DNA from: Ignavibacteriota bacterium
Lineage (GTDB): Bacteria; Bacteroidota; Ignavibacteria; UBA10030
Assembly (NCBI GenBank): GCA_003170475.1
Contig: PMZI01000016.1
Coordinates: 9,165-73,164, forward strand
Length of the DNA stretch: 64,000 nt
Direction: 5' to 3'
Part shown: one piece after another, positions 58,900 through 64,000 of the stretch
Layout of the letters: each line of letters begins with the position of its first letter
How positions within the stretch are numbered: position 1 is the stretch's first letter
Translations under genes and position numbers: made by a program
The notes under the pieces: generated by a model
The model's input: only the letters and a program-made list of their open reading frames with translations
What the model was told of the DNA's origin: nothing
Database searches by the model: none

Positions 58900-60021
58900 T
58901 CAGATCAGCAGCTCGTAGATGCGGTGACGTTTGGTGATTTTCCCGTTCATCGCTTCGGCGGATTTGTTCATCCTGACGTTGTCTTCGAGAACCCAACTTG
59001 CTTCGCCATAGGCGTAGCCAAGCTTGCGTGCCCGGACCGCAGTTTCATAGAACAATACACCTGCTGCACCGCTATTGAGATATTCAGGAAGAACGCCAAG
59101 CACAATAACGCGCACCAAGTTAATTTCTTTCTTACGCAAATACAACTGCAACAGTCCCGGCAAGAGGCGACCTTTCCTGTTGTACCAGAGTGCCACGTTG
59201 ATGTCCGGCAGAGAGAGGGCGAATCCGATCGTCTTTCCCTTGCTTTCAGCGAAGAGAACGAGTTCAGGAACGATAACCGGCTTCAAGTCTTCTGCCAACG
59301 CGTCCATTTCCGCATCCGTCATCGGAACCGCTCCCCAGTTCTTCGCCCACGCGGCATTGTAGACTTGTTTCACGAGCGCCACATCACTATCGAAGTTCTT
59401 CATGTTCACCGTGCGAATGGTGAGGCTGTTCCTTTCTTTCACGAGTGCGTTTGCTCTGTTGAACCGATCGGAGTAGACCGTCTCTTGCGAAAGATTGTAT
59501 GAGTACAGGTCTTTGGCCTTCTTGAATCCGTACCCTTCGACAAGCTTTACGTAATATTCCGGATTATAGGGCATCAGGACCGTCGGGCGTTCGGTGAATC
59601 CTTCGACCAGCAATCCGTACTCGTCATTCACAGAAGGATTCGCGGGGCCGCGGAACGACGTCATCCCCTTCGCCTTCACGTAAGCCTTGGCCTTTTCAAA
59701 AAGAACATCGGCTACCTGTTGATCGTTGATGCACTCGAAGAAGCCGAAGAAGCCGGTTTTCTCACTATGCTCTTTGTTATGATTGTGATTGACGATTGCC
59801 GCAATGCGACCGACCATGACACCATCTCGCTTCGCAATGTAGAACTCGGCATCCGAGTGCGCATAGAACGGGTTCTTCTTCTTGTCCATGAGCTTTCTGC
59901 GATCCATCAGAAGGGGCGGAACCCAGTAGGGGTTCCCTTCGTAGATCTTCCAGAGAAACTTGATGAATTGATCACGGTCAGCGTTTGTGACAACCGGCTG
60001 AATGACGACTTCACTCATAAG
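58900..60021 (-). CDS. ~373-aa GNAT-fold-like acyl-CoA N-acyltransferase; candidate bacterial ceramide synthase (bCerS-like) by synteny with spt
   Basis: Start at MSEVVIQPVV.... Family-typical 'FIKFLWKIYEGNPYWVPPLLMDRRKLMDKKKNPFYAHSDAEFYIAKRDGVMVGRIAAIVNH'. Sits 37 nt downstream of, and co-oriented with, the Spt-like gene. Its exact enzymatic function is not provable from sequence alone. Confidence 0.4.
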   Translation of the reverse strand, partial: LMSEVVIQPVVTNADRDQFIKFLWKIYEGNPYWVPPLLMDRRKLMDKKKNPFYAHSDAEFYIAKRDGVMVGRIAAIVNHNHNKEHSEKTGFFGFFECINDQQVADVLFEKAKAYVKAKGMTSFRGPANPSVNDEYGLLVEGFTERPTVLMPYNPEYYVKLVEGYGFKKAKDLYSYNLSQETVYSDRFNRANALVKERNSLTIRTVNMKNFDSDVALVKQVYNAAWAKNWGAVPMTDAEMDALAEDLKPVIVPELVLFAESKGKTIGFALSLPDINVALWYNRKGRLLPGLLQLYLRKKEINLVRVIVLGVLPEYLNSGAAGVLFYETAVRARKLGYAYGEASWVLEDNVRMNKSAEAMNGKITKRHRIYELLI

Positions 60022-60138
60022 CACACCTGACGAAATATGATTGATTGGAATGGTTACTGCTGGAACAAAAAAGCCGCCACGTATACCGCGGCGGCTTCTC
60101 AATTCTTACGATGCATTCCGAAAAGCCATGGGCTGAAC

Positions 60139-61353
60139 TCAGCTGATGACACCAAATTTCTTGCCCACATCAGAGAACACGCTCAAGATCTTATCGAGAT
60201 GGACATCCTCGTGAGTCGCCATATAGCTCGTTCGGAGCATCTCCAGTCCGGGAGGAACGCCGGGCCGGATAAATGCGTTGACGAATACCCCGCCCTCAAA
60301 GAGCGATTTCCACATCATCAGGACTTTTTCTGTGTCCCCAATAATGACAGGAACCACAGCAGAATCATGTTCACTGACCTTGTAGCCCATCCCTTTCAAT
60401 CCCTGTCGCATCTTGCGAGCATTGCGCATGAGCTTCTCGATCCGCCACGGTTCTGTTTCAAGCACATCCAGGGCGGCCAACGCAGCTGCGACGGATGACG
60501 GAGTCGGGCTGGCGCTGAATATCAAGGCAGGTGCATGATGCTTCAAATAGTTGATCACGGACCGATCACCAACGACAAACCCGCCAAGAGACGCAAAGGT
60601 CTTGCTGAACGTTCCCATGGTCATGTCGACCTGATTCTCCAATCCGTAATGGCTCGCTGTTCCCCGCCCCCCCTTACCGATGACGCCGATAGCATGAGCA
60701 TCATCAATCAAAATACGAGCGTTATATTTTTTTGCGACAGCGACCATGCTGGGCAGATCGACAATTTCTCCCGAGGTACTGAAGACTCCGTCCGAGACGA
60801 TCAACTTTGGTGCATCCAACGGCAATTTGGAAATCATCGTCTCCATGTGCTTCATGTCGTTGTGTTTGTACCGAACCACCGTCTGAGCATCTTTGTCGAC
60901 AAAGGCTCCAGCTCCATTGGCGATAAGATTGCCTGCTACGATACAAGCGTGGTTGTCTTTGTCAGAAACGACATAGGATCCCGGCTCCACCAGGGTCGGA
61001 ATGATCCCTTGTGCCGTCTGAAACCCGGTGCTGAAAAGGAGGCAGTCCTCCTTCCCCATAAACTTTGCCAGTCGGGCCTCAAGCTCCACGTGCAGATCAA
61101 GCGTGCCAGTCAGGTATCGTGAGCCGGAACACCCGGTGCCGTACTTGTGCACCGCTTTGATGGCTGCTTCTTTCACCTTGGGATGAGTAGTCAGGCCAAG
61201 GTAGTTGTTCGAGCCAGCCATCACGATTTTCCTGCCCTCGATCTGGACGACGGGTCCTTCACTTTCTTGTATAGCATGAAAGTACGGATAGCATCCTAAA
61301 GCTTTTGTGTCGTCAGCGCGTGTAAAGTTCTTGCATTTATCAAAGAGATCCAC
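60139..61353 (-). CDS. spt: alpha-oxoamine synthase, serine palmitoyltransferase (Spt)-like
   Basis: Bacteroidota-Spt-like motifs: 'GCYPYF', '[26 protein letters not shown]', 'LLFSTGF', 'YKHNDM', PLP-lysine '[16 protein letters not shown]', and C-terminal '[20 protein letters not shown]...MATH'. It is closer to Spt than to Kbl/BioF by these landmarks. Confidence 0.7.
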   Translation of the reverse strand: MDLFDKCKNFTRADDTKALGCYPYFHAIQESEGPVVQIEGRKIVMAGSNNYLGLTTHPKVKEAAIKAVHKYGTGCSGSRYLTGTLDLHVELEARLAKFMGKEDCLLFSTGFQTAQGIIPTLVEPGSYVVSDKDNHACIVAGNLIANGAGAFVDKDAQTVVRYKHNDMKHMETMISKLPLDAPKLIVSDGVFSTSGEIVDLPSMVAVAKKYNARILIDDAHAIGVIGKGGRGTASHYGLENQVDMTMGTFSKTFASLGGFVVGDRSVINYLKHHAPALIFSASPTPSSVAAALAALDVLETEPWRIEKLMRNARKMRQGLKGMGYKVSEHDSAVVPVIIGDTEKVLMMWKSLFEGGVFVNAFIRPGVPPGLEMLRTSYMATHEDVHLDKILSVFSDVGKKFGVIS

Positions 61354-61481
61354 ACTTACCTCAGTCTAATGGAGAGTAAAAGAAGAGAAATGGGTGCGAC
61401 TTTGCTAATCCAAACTTTTTTGAATATACTTCAATAAGCAACGAAAGTCAACGAAACCGTCCAATTCAAGGAGATTCGCCG

Positions 61482-62465
61482 ATTCCAACTGCACTCGTCA
61501 CTGGCGGAACAGGATTTGTCGGAAGCCATACGATGGAGCTCTTGCTTCAGCGTGGATTTCAGGTTCGATGCCTGGTGCGTCGAAGCCGCCCGGACCTCGG
61601 CTGGGCCGAAGGACTGCCCGTTGAAATAGTACGCGGAAGCTACTATGACGTTGACTCACTCCGAGAAGCCGTCGGAACTGTCGACTATATCTTCCACATC
61701 GCCGGTATAACGAAAGCGCGGAAACCGCGCGAGTACAACGATGGCAACGTCCTCTCGACTCGCAATCTCCTTGAGGCCGCTGCAACAAATTCTCATTTGA
61801 AGAAATTCTGTCTCATCAGCAGTCTCACGGCCGCGGGTCCCAGCCTCGATGGCAAACTGTTGGATGAGAATTCACCGTGCAAGCCAATCACAACTTACGG
61901 TGCCACAAAACTCGCGGCCGAGACGATCTGCCAGCTCCACTCCAAACAAATCCCCATCGTCATCCTGCGACCTCCCGCTGTGTATGGCCCCAGAGATCAT
62001 GACGGTCTGCAGATTTTCCAGTGGGCCAGCAAGGGCTTCATTCCTGGAATGGGGGGAAGAGAAAAAATGGTCAGCCTGATTTACGGACCTGAGCTCGCAC
62101 GGGCCATCGTCGAGGCGACAGTCTCGGAGAGGACGACGGGAGAAACTTATTTCGTTGCTGACCCGGAGGACTACTCGTTCTGCGATTCCATGGCGCAGGT
62201 GGCAGGCATGGCTGGAAAACGTGCCCGGACCCTCGTCATCCCGAAGTGGCTCCTCTTCGGCATTGCGGGAATCTCCGAAGCCGTCTCTCTCTTCCAATCG
62301 AAACCCCCCGTGCTGAACATCGAGAAAGTCCGAGATCTCGTCCAGAAATATTGGGTGTGCAGCCCAAAAAAGTTGGAGGATCACATAGGATTCCGAACTC
62401 AGGTCTCGATCGAGGATGGCCTGAAGCGCACATTCGAGTGGTACAAGGAGCATGGCTGGCTCTAG
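61482..62465 (+). CDS. NAD-dependent epimerase/dehydratase-family (extended SDR) reductase; candidate ceramide/3-ketodihydrosphingosine reductase (CerR-like)
   Basis: The Rossmann motif 'ALVTGGTGFVGSHTMELLL' begins upstream of the first ATG (61533). The in-frame open stretch back to the TAA at 61377 has no ATG/GTG/TTG, and ATT at 61482 follows AAGGAG. 'YGATKLAAE' is the SDR YxxxK. Confidence 0.6.
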   Translation: MPTALVTGGTGFVGSHTMELLLQRGFQVRCLVRRSRPDLGWAEGLPVEIVRGSYYDVDSLREAVGTVDYIFHIAGITKARKPREYNDGNVLSTRNLLEAAATNSHLKKFCLISSLTAAGPSLDGKLLDENSPCKPITTYGATKLAAETICQLHSKQIPIVILRPPAVYGPRDHDGLQIFQWASKGFIPGMGGREKMVSLIYGPELARAIVEATVSERTTGETYFVADPEDYSFCDSMAQVAGMAGKRARTLVIPKWLLFGIAGISEAVSLFQSKPPVLNIEKVRDLVQKYWVCSPKKLEDHIGFRTQVSIEDGLKRTFEWYKEHGWL

Positions 62466-62503
62466 CCATCATCTCTTCGACACATCGACAATCATCTTTG
62501 AGC

Positions 62504-62878
62504 ATGCAAAACTACTTTTTGGTATTTGTTGGCGGAGGAATAGGAGCGGCCGCCCGTTATTGGCTGTCGGGCTGGGTACCGGCCAAGATCCAAAGCGACT
62601 TGCCCGTTGGAACGCTCACAGTCAACATCCTCGGATGCTTTCTCATCGGTTTCCTCATGTCCGCGTTCGAGGAACGATTTCTGGCTCAACCTTCTATGCG
62701 CGTCTTCCTCACGATCGGCATCCTTGGAGGATTCACAACCTTCTCCACCTTCAGCTTCGAGACCGTAGCATTGATGAGAGATGGGGAAGTTCTCTTCGCG
62801 ACGGCTAACATTGTCGTGAGCATCCTCACGTGCATCGGGGGAACGGCAATCGGAATGTACGTCGGCAGGCTCATCTGA
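62504..62878 (+). CDS. crcB: fluoride ion channel CrcB/Fluc
   Basis: 124 aa. 'MQNYFLVFVGGGIGAAARYWLSG' N-terminus. Four TM segments. Starts 38 nt after the reductase stop. The ORF-track 5' extension is rejected. Confidence 0.85.
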   Translation: MQNYFLVFVGGGIGAAARYWLSGWVPAKIQSDLPVGTLTVNILGCFLIGFLMSAFEERFLAQPSMRVFLTIGILGGFTTFSTFSFETVALMRDGEVLFATANIVVSILTCIGGTAIGMYVGRLI

Positions 62879-62896
62879 TACTTTGGAGAAGATCCT

Positions 62897-63253
62897 ATGA
62901 AACTGGCAGGTGACGGAAAACTTCTGAGGATTTTCCTTGGAGAGTCTGATATTCTGGATCACAAACCCCTCTATGAGATCATCGTCAGGGCCGCTCGCAA
63001 AGAGGGCCTCGCGGGAGCGACGGTCTTGAGAGGAGTAGAAGGATATGGTGCGGACAGCCGCATTATCCACACGGCGAAGATACTTCGTCTCTCCGAGGAT
63101 CTTCCCATCGTAATCGAACTCGTCGACACGGAGGAGAACATCAGGAGGTTCCTCCCTACCGTCGATGGACTATTTGATCAGGCAGGATGCGGCGGCATGG
63201 TGACAATCGAAAAGGCTGAAGTGATCCGCTACAAGGCTGGAAAACAACAATAG
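62897..63253 (+). CDS. DUF190 (PII-like, CrcB-associated) protein
   Basis: 'LLRIFLGESDILDHKPLYEIIVRAARKEGLAGATVLRGVEGYG' matches the DUF190 family that habitually follows crcB. Confidence 0.7.
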   Translation: MKLAGDGKLLRIFLGESDILDHKPLYEIIVRAARKEGLAGATVLRGVEGYGADSRIIHTAKILRLSEDLPIVIELVDTEENIRRFLPTVDGLFDQAGCGGMVTIEKAEVIRYKAGKQQ

Positions 63254-63282
63254 AATATCGGAACGGAGAGAAACAGGGAATC

Positions 63283-63612
63283 TCAGCCTACATCGAATCC
63301 AAAAGTATCATTGCAGGAAACCAACTCATCTTCATGGGATCCATAGACCCGGTATTCGATGCGGTCACCTGATTCGAAGGCTCCCAAGTTCATCACCCAA
63401 TAAGAATTGTTGCGCGATTCGCTGTTTGAATTCCACTGGGCCGGCATTTTGCAGAACAGTTCTCTCCCGTCTTGGGTGTAGAGGGTTATCTCAAGCCAGA
63501 CAGACTGCCCTCCCTCGATCGGATAGGTTCCGATCCATAGCTCCACCTCCTGGCCTGCGGTGACATATTCCGGTATTCGTGAAGCGTCGACGGTGTTGTG
63601 CCAGATAATCAT
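63283..63612 (-). CDS. small hypothetical protein (beta-sandwich-like)
   Basis: ORF 63283..63666. Start placed at MIIWHNTVD.... No recognisable family. Confidence 0.25.
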   Translation of the reverse strand: MIIWHNTVDASRIPEYVTAGQEVELWIGTYPIEGGQSVWLEITLYTQDGRELFCKMPAQWNSNSESRNNSYWVMNLGAFESGDRIEYRVYGSHEDELVSCNDTFGFDVG

Positions 63613-64000
63613 TTGCACCTCCTCCGTTGCTGCAATGGACTCTGTTCCGCAGAACAACGGTGGCAAGTCTCCTCTTCGCTGACAACTCGAAGCTTCCCGA
63701 CTTCTTCATGAGGATTAGCATGGCGAGTCAGGAAGGAGAGAGAACACTCAGGATAAGTGATACCCTGCTCACTCTATACAAACCAAGTCATTTGCCCGGT
63801 AAAAAGCAAATAGGCGACAAGACGTAAGCCTTATCAGCCTTGTCATAATTGGCAACGCAGGAATCACCCCGAGGAACATGGAAGTGGTTCCAAACCGAGA
63901 ACAGAGAGGAAACGGGCACATTCACTCAACGTCGTGAGCTTCCTCAATCAGAATTTGCATCAACTTTTGTCTGCACTCTACGTATGGAAGAAGCTGATTC

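Noticed and set aside
62246-62503. 86-codon upstream extension of crcB overlapping the reductase gene
   Set aside because: CrcB proteins are ~120-130 aa and begin right at the first TM helix. The ATG at 62504 gives exactly that, and the extension is antisense-like basic filler over the 3' end of a real gene.
62466-62503. fluoride riboswitch expected upstream of crcB
   Set aside because: The 38-nt spacer was read directly. It is too short and lacks the conserved riboswitch blocks. It is reported as a finding that the riboswitch is absent, not as a feature.
1-64000. CRISPR arrays, tRNA/rRNA genes, transposases/integrases and phage genes
   Set aside because: I looked for direct-repeat/spacer periodicity, tRNA-like cloverleaf stretches in the spacers above 100 nt (18902-19135, 27393-27713, 48407-48871), and DDE/tyrosine-recombinase motifs in all ORF-track proteins. 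None were found.

Overview
This 64-kb window looks like a core chromosomal segment with accessory islands from a type IX secretion system (T9SS) bearing bacterium (Bacteroidota/FCB-group-like, GC about 55%). Gene density is high, genes are compact with many 4-nt overlaps, and there are no rRNA or tRNA genes, CRISPR arrays or obvious mobile elements.

Recognisable content, by coordinate:
- 275-3070: a DUF2911 secreted protein, a sodium:solute symporter (SSS family) and a 40-aa single-helix peptide translationally coupled to it.
- 3106-3587: a frameshifted four-helix-bundle gene.
- 3571-6057: a giant PIG-L/LmbE-type deacetylase fusion.
- 12007-18901: a six-gene MacAB-TolC-like efflux operon with an embedded TPR protein.
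- 19136-25067: a five-gene minus-strand operon (CCA enzyme, Gfo/Idh/MocA oxidoreductase, CBM48-like secreted protein, GT39-like membrane glycosyltransferase, HAD phosphatase).
- 27714-30162: an ECF sigma / anti-sigma / DUF4097 module.
- 30196-35073: uvrA and an Fpg/Nei DNA glycosylase.
- 35081-42994: a secreted-protein operon with a T9SS-sorted FG-GAP protein, a HExxH-beta-propeller-beta-barrel giant and a lipoprotein.
- 43038-48316: porU-porV, the T9SS sortase and its outer-membrane shuttle.
- 48872-56701: glgA, a second PorV/PorQ-like barrel, rpiB, glyA, tatC and a polyprenyl synthase.
- 56811-57960: a universal stress protein and a cNMP-binding protein that overlap.
- 57942-62465: ilvE and a three-gene cluster (GNAT-like N-acyltransferase, serine-palmitoyltransferase-like alpha-oxoamine synthase, divergent NAD-dependent epimerase-like reductase).
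- 62504-63253: crcB-DUF190 fluoride module.

The three-gene cluster at 58900-62465 matches the layout of recently described bacterial ceramide synthesis (bCerS / Spt / CerR).

The signal no protein-coding feature explains is a composite DNA element of about 45-60 nt, GTGTAGCG-N16-CATCTAACTnTTGAGCAG. It occurs twice: immediately upstream of the ECF sigma gene, and about 110 nt upstream of a secreted beta-barrel gene 21 kb away. This is most simply an autoregulated ECF promoter or operator, or a shared leader.

Other notable points are a 569-aa Rossmann protein I cannot place, a reductase gene whose NAD-binding motif lies upstream of any canonical start codon, and a 465-nt gene-free gap between porU and glgA.

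All calls come from reading the translated ORFs and nucleotide sequence by eye. No database searches were run.
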